Origin: a virus
Taxonomy: Duplodnaviria; Caudoviricetes
Reading direction: 5' to 3' (one strand)
Virus record (IMG/VR): IMGVR_UViG_3300021400_000128
Span: 64,001 to 128,000 of that record
DNA length: 64,000 nucleotides
Below the pieces are notes generated by a model. It was not told the origin of the DNA and ran no database searches. It saw only the letters and a list, made by a program, of their open reading frames with translations. Numbering within the stretch: position 1 is the stretch's first letter; the number at the start of each line of letters is the position of its first letter. Shown here piece by piece: positions 40,654 through 51,123 of this stretch. A program made the translations under genes and the position numbers.

Positions 40654-42031
40654 CTGGTTTTCCTTTACTTTAAAATTGCTTTAAATTGGGCATTTTCAGG
40701 CGTTTTTCTTTTATACCCTTATAACTTTACACTTGAACTATAAAACGCTCATATTTTTAATTCTGAGCTTAAATTTAGGCTTCTGTGATATATTTGAGCT
40801 TCCAGGATTGAAAATGGTCTTCTTTGATATCATGCAAGAATCCATCTGAATCTAACAAGGTGATATATTCTTCTTTCATCTTGTCAAAACTGTAACCGTA
40901 CACCAGGAACCAGCGATCATCGTCAACGCCTTTTCCATAAACAGGTTTTCCAACCATTTCCTTCATTTCTTCAAAGGAGCCGATTTTCTTGAGCATTATT
41001 TTCCTTCCTTGTACGCGCCCCAACTGAATTTAACAAATCCATCTTTGAAGGCGATGTGCTTTCCGTATATACCCCATCCGTCTTTGTGATAGTGTGTTGG
41101 TTCTGTGTATCCTGCTGCAAGTGCATCCATTTGGCTGTTGAATACTTTATCAATAGTTACGCCCAAAAAACGTGGAGTTTTGACATAATCACCGACTTTC
41201 ATAATCACCTCTCAATTCCGATTGCATCCATGATTTCGCCAAGAATACCGAGCATCTCTGATGCTCTCTTGTGCTCATATTCCCAATAATGGGAATCATT
41301 CAAATCATCTTTATATGAGCTGTATTTGTCTAATAACCATTGTTTTGTTTTTGCACTGATTTCGGTCATAATTCGATCTCCATTCCGAACACTGCCTTGT
41401 AGCCTTCTTCACTCATTGGATAAACACGACCATCACGATGAAGCATTACAACACCTGGAAGCAATTCACCTTCGATGAAAATATCGCAAGCAAGGGCAAT
41501 GGATTCGACTGCTTTACAATGGTCAAAAGCTCTCATCGCCGTATCAAAATAACGCCAAGCTTTCCAGTTATAACCATTGATCCGGATATCTTTTTGCGCA
41601 ATGCGCTCACAATTCTCAAGAAGTAATTCAAAATTGGTATCGTCCATGTCATTCTCCTTCTGCCGGGTACGAAGCCCCCGGCTTGGCTTTGGAAAAATGG
41701 TTATAATGCAGCAAGATTTTTAGTCAACGAAGCACACGCTTCGGTAACACCGGCACCATCAGCAACCCATTGCCGATATTCAGCAGTCCATCCATAGGCA
41801 TCCAGAATGCCATACAGGATTTTGAGTTGAAGATTCAGCATGGAATCTTCTTCAGTGAAGTCCGCTGACACAAAAGTGTCATATACATAGTCGAAAAATT
41901 CGACCTTGCTCATCTTTTTTCCAAACATCGAAATCTGATTCATGACAACCTCCTAAACAGAAAAGAAAAGATTTGACAACTGACCATGCCCGTCGTTGGG
42001 CATTTTTCAAATTCAGTTGTCAAGGTTCACG

Positions 42032-42469
42032 TCAGGCAGTCACTTTGCGAAAGCTGACCGTCGGATTCCCGATCTTCTTGGCGATCCCGATTTCAGGGAA
42101 TTGCTTTTCCAGCACTTTAAGCGTTTTCCCGTCCCATGTCGTCTTACCGGACACCCAGCACGCCATCAGGGATTCACCCTTGACCGTCGCACCGCATTCA
42201 AGAACATCGTTCTTGATTTCTGCTTCGAGCAGTCCGATCTGTTCGATCAGGTCGGCGTTCTTAGCTTCAAACTGTGCCATCAGTTCGTTATAGACGTTCC
42301 GAAGGTTGTTCAGGACATCCAGCTTTTCTTCTGTTGTTACCTTTGTCGTTACGATTTGACATTCCTCATAATGGGGATTCTCTCTCGACAATGGCAATCC
42401 ATTGAGCATAAAAGAGCTATCTCCGTGTGTCCCACGGTTCGTTTTTGTTACGATTTCGATGTTTTCCAT
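42032..42469 (-). CDS. Early protein carrying an in-frame 33-codon omegaRNA insertion
   Basis: Codons 6-38 are the TnpB reRNA scaffold; the remainder is coiled-coil plus a small C-terminal domain. Confidence 0.75.
   Translation of the reverse strand: MENIEIVTKTNRGTHGDSSFMLNGLPLSRENPHYEECQIVTTKVTTEEKLDVLNNLRNVYNELMAQFEAKNADLIEQIGLLEAEIKNDVLECGATVKGESLMACWVSGKTTWDGKTLKVLEKQFPEIGIAKKIGNPTVSFRKVTA
42356..42454 (-). ncRNA. Immobilised TnpB omegaRNA scaffold
   Basis: About 65 nt nearly identical to 61088-61153. RE hairpin collapsed to CCCCATTATGAGG, tail AATGTCAA kept, no LE hairpin. Confidence 0.85.
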
Positions 42470-42567
42470 TGTTGCCTCCGTTATTCAAAATTCATCATTC
42501 AACTTACATTTATTATTATACGAGTTTTTATATATTTGTCAATGTTTTTAATTATTTTTATTACATC
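42470..42567 (-). promoter_or_regulatory. Repeated early promoter module 7
   Basis: TTGACA (42537-42), N16, TATAAT (42515-20). Confidence 0.85.
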
Positions 42568-42843
42568 TTTTTATTTATCGAAGTTATGACATTCCAGTTG
42601 AAAAATTAACCGGATTATCTCCGGTTAATTCAATTTTCCTGATTTATGCGTTGTATTCAGCGTATTCGTTCATCAAGTCCAGATCGAGAATGGTTTCAAA
42701 CACCCCGCAAAATTTGGTTTTGCATTCATTACCGATACTCGTATCTTCATTGATGATCCAGTTCCTGATAAAATAATCAGCCTTGTTGAAGAGAACGCTT
42801 TTTTCTGCTTCACTCATAGAAATCAGCTCCATTCATTTTGAGA

Positions 42844-43695
42844 TTAGACACCTAACGCCATTTGTGCTGCCGTCATCGGGCTTAAATAGCTCTTATATCG
42901 TCCGAAACGTGTTTCTACCGCCTGGTTCCTGGGTGTCAGTTTGTAATCAGACCCGAATAGGATTTTCTCATTTCTTGCTCTGCCTTTGTTATAGATCCGT
43001 TCAAACGAATCCAGCAGGGATTGTGTATTCATCGTCGACAGATAGGTCGGTGTAGCTCGTTTGATAGCCGAACACAGCTTATTAACCACATCTTCATCGT
43101 AATGCTGCACAACAAACAAGGATGCGGTTTCTTTTACGCTCTTATCACCCCTGAATCCGATTTCCGACATAGCGTCCCAGACTTCATAGACCATCGGGAG
43201 ACGCTTATCTGCGCGATCCTTGTGCTCTTTGGTGTAAATCAGTGTTCCATTCTGCATTGATGCTTTTGTGATGTCATTGGTGCTGATATTTGACGCACGC
43301 AGCACCAATTTATAAGAGGCAGAATATTTCTGCATGATTTCGTAAAGGCGGATGTAATTTTCATTTCCCCGCTCGATGTATGATAAGATGTAATCTGTCA
43401 TCTTCCATTTCATGCTGTCATTCGCGTCTTGAACGTCATCAATTCCGCCTTTGATAACAAGGTAACGAACAGGAATGCCGACTGTCTGTGCTGCCTGAAT
43501 CCGGTGTTGTCCATTGAGCACTTCAAGGTTCTCGTTGACAAATATCGGTCCAAGCCTCCAACCGTTTTTTGTCATATCTGCAACCAGTTCCTTCACACGG
43601 TTCGGGTTTACCTTCCGGTTTCCAACGATCCGCTTGAAGATCCCATAATTGTTAGTCTCATAAACTTCACCAACTTTTACATTCAAATTATCCAT
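42844..43695 (-). CDS. ParB/Srx-like (NGQHR) protein
   Basis: T.NY..F....GNR, PIFVN...VLNGQHR. Confidence 0.75.
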   Translation of the reverse strand: MDNLNVKVGEVYETNNYGIFKRIVGNRKVNPNRVKELVADMTKNGWRLGPIFVNENLEVLNGQHRIQAAQTVGIPVRYLVIKGGIDDVQDANDSMKWKMTDYILSYIERGNENYIRLYEIMQKYSASYKLVLRASNISTNDITKASMQNGTLIYTKEHKDRADKRLPMVYEVWDAMSEIGFRGDKSVKETASLFVVQHYDEDVVNKLCSAIKRATPTYLSTMNTQSLLDSFERIYNKGRARNEKILFGSDYKLTPRNQAVETRFGRYKSYLSPMTAAQMALGV

Positions 43696-45352
43696 TATTC
43701 AAAATCCTTTCATTTTTTTCCGGGTTTATTCCCTCCGGATGGGAAAATTCACCTTATGCTGTTTTGCTGTTTGCTTTGATACTCAACAGCTCTTTTGCCC
43801 ATTGCTCGCATTCTTTGCGGACACCATCGCGGTTCAGACCTTTTTCCCAGGAACAACCATCTGCGGAGTAGATGTTGTAGGTCTTCATCTGCTTGTTGGT
43901 CAGCGGATTCCACCATTTTTCTTCAATTACGGTGATACCGTATTTTTCTTCAAGACCTTTGAATCCGTACATAATATCCTCCTTAAAACATCTCACAATC
44001 TGCAAACGAATCGTCTTGATCCGGTTCTGTATCTTGTTCGTCTTCTTCCGGTATCTCATCGAGCATATCCCAAATATCGCTTATCCTATTGAAGTAATAG
44101 TCATAGCTGATATCACCGTTCATATATTCGTGTTTCAGTTCCGTCAATTCATCAAACCATTTCTGCTTATTGTCCATTATTTCAGCTCCAAGAAGTCAAA
44201 ATCTTTTTTCTCAACAAGACCAAGGATCTCCAAGGCGTTTTTCATTCCAAGGTAATATGACAGTTCACCGTCAAAATCGCTGAATGTACCGCCCTTTTCT
44301 TTGATGTCTCTGACACGCTTCAAACTTTCATCTGCCAGGAAAAGGATTCTTTCCAGTGATTCAGTGTTGACCGTTGTGTTTCCGGTTGTTTCCATTTCCA
44401 GCTCCTTTCCTTTACGCGTTCAGTCCGACACTGTAAGCGTTATTCTGAGCGAAGCGCAGACCCAGGTTATAAACTTTTCGCTGTGCACCGATTGTGCAGG
44501 GCATTTCTGACGTAATCTGACGATCACCGTCATTGATGATGAAGTAATTATCGAAAACATCCGCACTGATGGATTTTTCGCCATCGGTAATCAGGAAATT
44601 CGCCATATAGCGATCAAAATTCTTGTTCGCAATCATCTGAGCATCGGTCATGCTTTTCAGAATTTCCTTTGCGGTTTTGAGCATATCTTCAAATGTCATC
44701 GTGTGCCTCCTCAAAATAACTATCGCTGATTCAAAATGGTTGTTCGTTTTACCATCCGAGCCAGTCTTCAAATGCTCCGGCTGCTTCAATTTCTGCGTAT
44801 TTCGCTTCGATGTATTTTTCATATTCGTTATCAAATTCGTTATTCATTGTTGCCTCCGTGATTCAAATTAGCTCAAAAATGGTTCCCGGTGTTTTGCCCC
44901 ACCGGGTAGGGCTGTCATTCTCAAATGAGCTTTCGCTCCGTGTGAATTAGGCGATGCCCATGTATTCACGATCCCAACCAAGGGAAACAAGCTGCTTCAA
45001 GAGCTCACCGAATTTCCATTCGTATTCCTGAGCTTCTTCACGCCAACCTTCTGCAAGGCTGTTGTGTTCGGCTTCCAAGGTTTCAGCCATTTCATAGCAT
45101 TCGCGGGCAGAGACCTGATAGAAATCAGCGTCCTGGAAAAGTTCGTTTTTGTTGATGGTGATGGTGTTGGTGTTGGTATTCATAAGTGACCTCCGTGATT
45201 CAAAATGTTTGTTGTTTGTTTTCTTAACTATAATTATTTTATCACATGTACGGATACTTGCAATATGATAACATTCAAATTATGACATGACAAATACCAT
45301 GTTTCCGTACTTGTATTAATCATGTATAATTTTCTAAAAGGAATTAAGTGAT

Positions 45353-45691
45353 ATGAAAAAAAGAATTGGCTCCAAATTGTATGATACCGACACTGCGATA
45401 CTTATCATTCCAGAGCAGAATTTATATCGCACTCAAAAAAATCAAACTTACTTTTTATTCGATGGTAATATCATCACTCCCTTAGATTTTGAAGAAGCTG
45501 AAAATATCATCAAAAAATATGGTTCAGCAGATTTGATAAATATGCTTAAGCGAAAACCTAATAAAAAAGGTCAGATTAGTGTTATGATTTCACCGTCATC
45601 CGCAGATCGCCTTTCCGCTTACTGCCGCCGTCACAAAACTTCCCAGAAAAAGGTAGTTGAAGAACTGATCGACACGCTGCCGGATGATTAA
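45353..45691 (+). CDS. Putative regulator (KKRIG.KLYDT.T N-domain + RHH-like C-terminus)
   Basis: Paralogue of 49399-49722; C-terminal ISVMIS...L..YC.....SQ..VVE.LI. Confidence 0.6.
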   Translation: MKKRIGSKLYDTDTAILIIPEQNLYRTQKNQTYFLFDGNIITPLDFEEAENIIKKYGSADLINMLKRKPNKKGQISVMISPSSADRLSAYCRRHKTSQKKVVEELIDTLPDD

Positions 45692-45747
45692 ATAGTCATT
45701 TGCAGCTAATTATTCTTATCAATAACAATTTATAATTATGGATAAAC

Positions 45748-46251
45748 ATGAATACACCATTATCAGGAATCGACATAGCAAGATATTTTCTTTTAAAAGA
45801 CCCGACAAGAAAAGTATTCAATAAAAGTGGGATCGAACACAGAGAGAATCGAATTTTCTATGCAGGAAATACGAGATTGAATGAATATCTGCATCTTGCT
45901 CAAAATTTATGGATCGCAAAAACCGGGCAAAAATTATTTTTTGATGATTTATACGCATTCGATAACGGAGCTATTGTGTACCCTGTCATGAATAAGTATT
46001 CGTTGATTCTTGAACAAAATATTAAGCCTGAATTACCGGATAATGTTATTTCATTTCTCGATAAATTTTATGTAGCTTTTCAAAATGCTTCTTTAGATGA
46101 ATTGATTGAATTATCTCATGAAGATAATGAATGGCAGATAAAACATCAAGGTCAAAAAATTCCGGATCAAAGAATGGATTCTTTAGCTCACATGGAAGAA
46201 TATAAACAACAGTATGCAGGTATTCTTGAAGTCTTGGAGCGTATGCCTTAA
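45748..46251 (+). CDS. Panacea/SocA-like (DUF4065) antitoxin
   Basis: IA.YF, L..YL..AQ, LF.D...AF..G.V, EL.ELSH...W. Confidence 0.75.
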   Translation: MNTPLSGIDIARYFLLKDPTRKVFNKSGIEHRENRIFYAGNTRLNEYLHLAQNLWIAKTGQKLFFDDLYAFDNGAIVYPVMNKYSLILEQNIKPELPDNVISFLDKFYVAFQNASLDELIELSHEDNEWQIKHQGQKIPDQRMDSLAHMEEYKQQYAGILEVLERMP

Positions 46252-46316
46252 ATTTTGCGTCAGAACGTTCAAATTTGAAGGGTTTTCCATCAGTATGTAA
46301 GTTTGTTCGCCCAGAT

Positions 46317-46349
46317 AAGAAAAAGCCCACAGTTTAACGCTGTGGGCTT
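46317..46349. terminator. Terminator between convergent genes
   Basis: AAGCCCACAG-loop-CTGTGGGCTT. Confidence 0.75.
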
Positions 46350-46369
46350 AATTTTGATATTCTCGTGAA

Positions 46370-47527
46370 TTATCCAAGGAACATTTTGCAGCGGGTTAGA
46401 ACGGTCTGCTTTTCACCGTTGTATTCCTTATGATCCTTTACGATTCCGGTGATTTTCTTAGGAGCACCTTCGTAGTATTTACTTGCGAACCAAACAAGTG
46501 TGTTGTTATCGGTGGTGATGAATTTATATAATCTGCCAACACCAAAACGTGTCACAAATTCAGTTACAAGCTTTGCTTCCTTTATGTTTGCGGTGATTTT
46601 TTCACCGATATTGCCGATATAGCTGCTGTTTGCCTTTGCTTCATCCTGGAGCTGTTCTTGGAGCTGCTTTTCCTTCATTTGCTGATAAGCAATTGGCGCG
46701 AAAGCGATATAACCAAAAGCACGGCTCCTGATATATCCGCTCTGGATCATTGTCTTGACGTTACACAAGAAATCCGAAAGCTCATCATATTCCATAGCGG
46801 TCAGAACATCTTTCATTTCGTTGGCCAGTTTCACGGATTCTTCTGACGGTTCGGATTTCCCGATTTCAATAAACAGCCGTGTTTTCGTACTGTTATCTTC
46901 ACTTGACTTCACATAGCCATGTTCTTTGATAATATCATTAGCTGTTGCAATTGCTTTCAGTACATCGAAAGCGTATTCACCGCTGCCTTTGAAGTCATAC
47001 TCGTCAATGTTGTAATCATTTTCAATCAGGTCATGGATCTCCTGTGCTGCAACAATCATTTTCGGATCGATACCGCAGTAATCCTTCAGACAGGTTTTTC
47101 CCACCTGTTTGTACTGTCCTGATTCATCCTTCACAATGAAAGAAAAACGCTTTACATGGCGGCCATGGCAATGTTCGCAATACAGAGGCATTGTATACCA
47201 GGCAAGCTCGGCGGGGGATTCACCATCGAGCATCTTGACAATATTCTGCTCATGTCCAACTGCTTCGATCTGAGCAACAACCGTGTATCCTTCTTTACGG
47301 ATGACATCGGATTCAATATTGACTTCAATACCGAAAACCTTATCCTCACCGGTTTTCACCAGTGTATGAGTATCAGGGTTTACAGAGTAAAGGTTACGGG
47401 AAACCGTCACTTCTTCACCGAAGCTCCAACTGATCTGGTTGCCATAGGTCTTTGCCTTCTTGCTGAGTTTTTCGAGCTTCTTCTGAAGCTCATTCTTAAC
47501 GATTGCGGGAATAATGAATTTTGCCAT
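46370..47527 (-). CDS. Conserved phage early protein (Zn site + C-terminal OB-like fold)
   Basis: CEHC, QVG..CL.DY.G, G.VK.H.EY.G.KQT.L.R. Confidence 0.65.
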   Translation of the reverse strand: MAKFIIPAIVKNELQKKLEKLSKKAKTYGNQISWSFGEEVTVSRNLYSVNPDTHTLVKTGEDKVFGIEVNIESDVIRKEGYTVVAQIEAVGHEQNIVKMLDGESPAELAWYTMPLYCEHCHGRHVKRFSFIVKDESGQYKQVGKTCLKDYCGIDPKMIVAAQEIHDLIENDYNIDEYDFKGSGEYAFDVLKAIATANDIIKEHGYVKSSEDNSTKTRLFIEIGKSEPSEESVKLANEMKDVLTAMEYDELSDFLCNVKTMIQSGYIRSRAFGYIAFAPIAYQQMKEKQLQEQLQDEAKANSSYIGNIGEKITANIKEAKLVTEFVTRFGVGRLYKFITTDNNTLVWFASKYYEGAPKKITGIVKDHKEYNGEKQTVLTRCKMFLG

Positions 47528-47623
47528 GATTGCCTCCGTGATTCAAACTCAATTTCAACTTACATTTATTATTATATGCGTTATTTAATAATTGTCAATG
47601 TGTATCATTATTTTTATTACATT
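47528..47623 (-). promoter_or_regulatory. Repeated early promoter module 8
   Basis: TTGACA (47593-98), N16, TATAAT (47571-76); terminator at 47636-47664 upstream. Confidence 0.85.
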
Positions 47624-47684
47624 TAATAATAATTAAAAAAGCCCGGTAAAAAAGTCGGGCTTTTCACGTAAGGAGACTGATCTA

Positions 47685-48440
47685 TCAATCTGTTATTTTT
47701 CTGAGAATTTCTGTACCAAAGCTGTCATATTCGGCAATGAGCAGATAATCGTCAGCAAATTTATGGTAAGGTAATCCGTTATATCGCACGATATCAGCGG
47801 ATACAACGATCTTAGCTCCATAACTTAGCTGTCCGCAAATTCGCATTGTGTCCGCATCTCGGATGTTCGCCGCATCACAGACAACCATACACACTCCACC
47901 ATCAATTTTCTGTTCGTAAGATACCGGATTTGTATAGATTTGTTGAGATGGCACAAACACCGGGTTCATGGGCGGCTGCTGCATCACTGGCATTTGCTGA
48001 GTGTCAGGTATGTAGTCGATCACGGATTGCATGACGGTTTTCGGATCAAAGACCGTGCTGATTTTTCCTGCGTCCCGTCTTGCTTCAAAATGCAGATGTG
48101 GGCCGCTCGAGTTTCCTGTGCTTCCGGAATATGCAATCAAGTCACCTTTTTTAACTGGTTGTCCTTTGATACAATTGACCTTGCTTAAATGAGCATACAC
48201 CGTACCAGAGCCGTCTCCGTGCAGCAGGACAACGTAATTACCATATCCGCCGGGTTCATATCCAACAGTTTGCACCCAACCATCCGCAGCCGCAAGAATG
48301 GACGTTTCCATCGGGCATCCGTAATCAATTCCTTTGTGAGGATTGGATTTTGTGTAATACGGTTCCCAAATTGCGCCATAATCTAACGTAATGGGATATT
48401 CACCGCTGAAAGGCTGTCTCAGTTGAATCATATGCGCCAC
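47685..48440 (-). CDS. M23 peptidase endolysin
   Basis: HKGID, YAHL, STG.SSGPHLHFE; follows the holin. Confidence 0.88.
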   Translation of the reverse strand: MAHMIQLRQPFSGEYPITLDYGAIWEPYYTKSNPHKGIDYGCPMETSILAAADGWVQTVGYEPGGYGNYVVLLHGDGSGTVYAHLSKVNCIKGQPVKKGDLIAYSGSTGNSSGPHLHFEARRDAGKISTVFDPKTVMQSVIDYIPDTQQMPVMQQPPMNPVFVPSQQIYTNPVSYEQKIDGGVCMVVCDAANIRDADTMRICGQLSYGAKIVVSADIVRYNGLPYHKFADDYLLIAEYDSFGTEILRKITD

Positions 48441-48442
48441 CT

Positions 48443-48823
48443 TTAACTATCGATCTTTAAATTCCACTTACTGGCTTTGTTCAAAAGGTTTTCATTTGAC
48501 AGTTTTCGGAATTCATCCAGGTTCTTATTTGCAGTTTCAAGACCGCCGTTATGAGTGCCATTCATCACGCAATACACAAGTTCATGATCCAGTTCTGACA
48601 TAACCTGCATACCCCGAAGGAGGATGTAGTTATCGTATTCCCGTTCCTTCCGACCTTCTAAATTCTCTCTCCGGATTTCTTCCTGTTGAATTCTGAAAGC
48701 CTGTTTCATTTGGTCATTAACGTTATTTGAAAACATTTTGAAAAGCCAGATAACCACAACGATCGCTATCGCACCAATAGCGACCAAAACAGATGCGGGT
48801 ACGACCTCAATGATCTTGTTCAT
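48443..48823 (-). CDS. Membrane protein of the lysis module
   Basis: One N-terminal TM helix; lies between holin and lysin. Confidence 0.65.
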   Translation of the reverse strand: MNKIIEVVPASVLVAIGAIAIVVVIWLFKMFSNNVNDQMKQAFRIQQEEIRRENLEGRKEREYDNYILLRGMQVMSELDHELVYCVMNGTHNGGLETANKNLDEFRKLSNENLLNKASKWNLKIDS

Positions 48824-49299
48824 GATTTTGCTTTTCCTTTTACTGCTTTTTTCACAGGCTCCTGGATAACAATTGGCTCCTCGATAACCGGAACTTCTTC
48901 CGTTTTATCATCATCGCCATTATCATTATTGAGCATTTCGATCTGATATTCATACGGATTTCCGTAATCGTTCATATCCTTTACAGCAGCTTCGATGTAA
49001 GCAACAATGATTTCGATATCGAGCTTAATTCCCTTGGCTGCAAGATACTTTTCCACGACATTGATAGCGTAATTGAGTTTTTCGTGTCCGTGTTCGCCTC
49101 CGTACACCTGTTCAGCAGCAGTTACTGCTTCGCGACAGACAACCTTCAGGATTTCATACAGCTCCGGATTCTTATCCTTGAGCTTTTTGAAGATCTCAAT
49201 TGCTTTACCGATTGCCCAGCTTGCCAGTGCAGCAGCAAGAATAGGAAGAGCCGCTTCTAATACCGCTTGTAAAACTTTACTTAAGAGTTCCATATTCAC
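48820..49299 (-). CDS. LL-H-like holin
   Basis: TM segment, AV.AAEQ, G.EKL..A, IEAAV. Confidence 0.8.
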   Translation of the reverse strand: MNMELLSKVLQAVLEAALPILAAALASWAIGKAIEIFKKLKDKNPELYEILKVVCREAVTAAEQVYGGEHGHEKLNYAINVVEKYLAAKGIKLDIEIIVAYIEAAVKDMNDYGNPYEYQIEMLNNDNGDDDKTEEVPVIEEPIVIQEPVKKAVKGKAKS

Positions 49300-49307
49300 C
49301 TCCGCTT

Positions 49308-49372
49308 AAAATAAAAAAGCGCATCTTTTGTAGACACGCTTTCTTAGAGACTTTATCTAATTTTTATTATAA
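49308..49372 (-). promoter_or_regulatory. CTAAGAA-box leader element 12 (terminator type), upstream of the holin
   Basis: TATAAT..GTCTCTAAGAAAGCGTGTCT-loop-AGATGCGCTTTTTT. Confidence 0.8.
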
Positions 49373-49398
49373 CAGTTGTTTTCTATGTAAATAATTTT

Positions 49399-49722
49399 TC
49401 AATGCAATGTTTCATTAGCCCATTTTTTTACAAACTGAGAAATCGGTAATCCTTCTGCATCTGCTTTATCTGCTATCTTTTTATGCGTTTCCCGATCCAC
49501 CCAGATTGTTGTCTTGTCGGATTCAGGTTCTTTGTCAACCCGTACATCTTCGCCGAGCAGTGCTTTTGCTTGTTTGTCATCTATCGGATCTATATAATCA
49601 CCAATCAGCAAAAACCATTCTCGTTTCCGTGTGCGCTTTCTGTAAAGGATTCCAACACCAACATCAGCAACCTTTTCACTGGTTTCCGTGTCGTACAATT
49701 TCGTTCCGATGCGTTTTTTCAT
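49399..49722 (-). CDS. Putative regulator, paralogue of 45353-45691
   Basis: MKKRIGTKLYDTET; RHH-like C-terminus. Confidence 0.6.
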   Translation of the reverse strand: MKKRIGTKLYDTETSEKVADVGVGILYRKRTRKREWFLLIGDYIDPIDDKQAKALLGEDVRVDKEPESDKTTIWVDRETHKKIADKADAEGLPISQFVKKWANETLH

Positions 49723-51059
49723 AAGCCTCTTTCTTTGCGGTAATTTTGCCATGCTCTTTCAGCCAGCAAATGTAATTTAACGTTATTATCAGTGCGAAAT
49801 GGTCAATCTGGATTATTGCAATCAGGCGGTACCACACTTGCTTGCATCGGATAGTTGAGCCTTGTACATTTATCAGTATTCGAGACTGATAATATCGTTG
49901 GAACGGACATTACAGCTTCGATTGCATCTTCTTCTGTATAATTTTCCATTCCCATGAAGTAATTGTATTTTTCAGTGCTCTTTCTAATAGCTTCGATCGC
50001 ATCCTGACGACTAATCAAATCATCGTTCATGCGGGAACCTCCTTATAGTATGCTGATGGTGGCCAGAAGCTCATGATAACGACATGAGCTTTGGTTTTGG
50101 CATCGTCGGCATCGTCCGCCCAGACATATACATCAGTGGAACGGCTTCCGCCGTTGTCGCGGAGGCAGTCAACATAACCGCCCCAGCGACCAACAAAGCC
50201 ATTGTCGATTTTGCAGTCAAAGTCACGGTCACGAACCGTGAACCGTGCCACGTTGCCGTCAATGGTGCAGGGATAGACGGAGCCGACATTCCATCCGCCA
50301 TCCCAGCCGTAGGACATTGAATAGTGACCACTCAAGGTCACGCAGAAAAGTTTTTTGTTGTCAATCATATTTCCTTCTATGCTTCACCGTGATACGGCTT
50401 ACCATCCTTAGAAACGCCACACCAAACGGTCTTGCCCATGTTGGTTGCACGGAAGCTGAACATCTTGACGGCATCGGAATACCGTTCCGCCTCGAAAGTC
50501 ATCAGGACTTCAAGACCGCGGGCATTGTCACGAACGTTGACGGTATAACCGCCGTTGACAATATCTTTTTCTGCTACGAGATAGTAAGTTTTCATCATAG
50601 TTATCCTTTCTATTTCCAAGATTTCGGCTTTACTGCATCAGCCATTGCTTTCAAAACAGATGACGTATCATCAGTTTTTTCAATGCGATCATACACATCA
50701 TTCAAAGGTGTCCGCTTGTAGGCAATCAGAGTAATGTCATTGTCTGATTTTTTCACGATCTGAATCAAAGATTCAATTGCGTTGATATAACGCACTTTTA
50801 TAGTATCAATCAAATTGAAATCTTTATCAAAGATCTCATACCAAACTTGTTGAATGGTTCGCGTTGTGAAAATCTTTTGATAGCAATAAACGGCACCTTC
50901 CGGTAATTCATCTGCGGTTTTAATGCTCCGCATATTTTCATAGTCTTTTTTGTTCATGTCATTATTCCTTTCTGAAAGTGATATTCGTCGTTGTTGTTTA
51001 CATTATAATATAAGTTGTCAAGGCACATGACTTGTAGTTCCCAGAATTTCTGGAATGGT

Positions 51060-51123
51060 ATTTTCCCCGCGTAAGCGGGGGCTCCCGAGCGGAGCATTTT
51101 CCCCGCCCACGCGGGGGTGACTC
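51060..51123 (+). repeat. Two type I-E-like CRISPR repeat mimics with no normal spacer
   Basis: ATTTTCCCCGCGTAAGCGGGGG and ATTTTCCCCGCCCACGCGGGGGTGACTC, separated by 14 nt. Confidence 0.7.

Noticed and set aside
44900-44920. Partial resemblance to CRISPR spacer 2
   Set aside because: Short, needs a gap, and has no TAM; it is part of a local hairpin.
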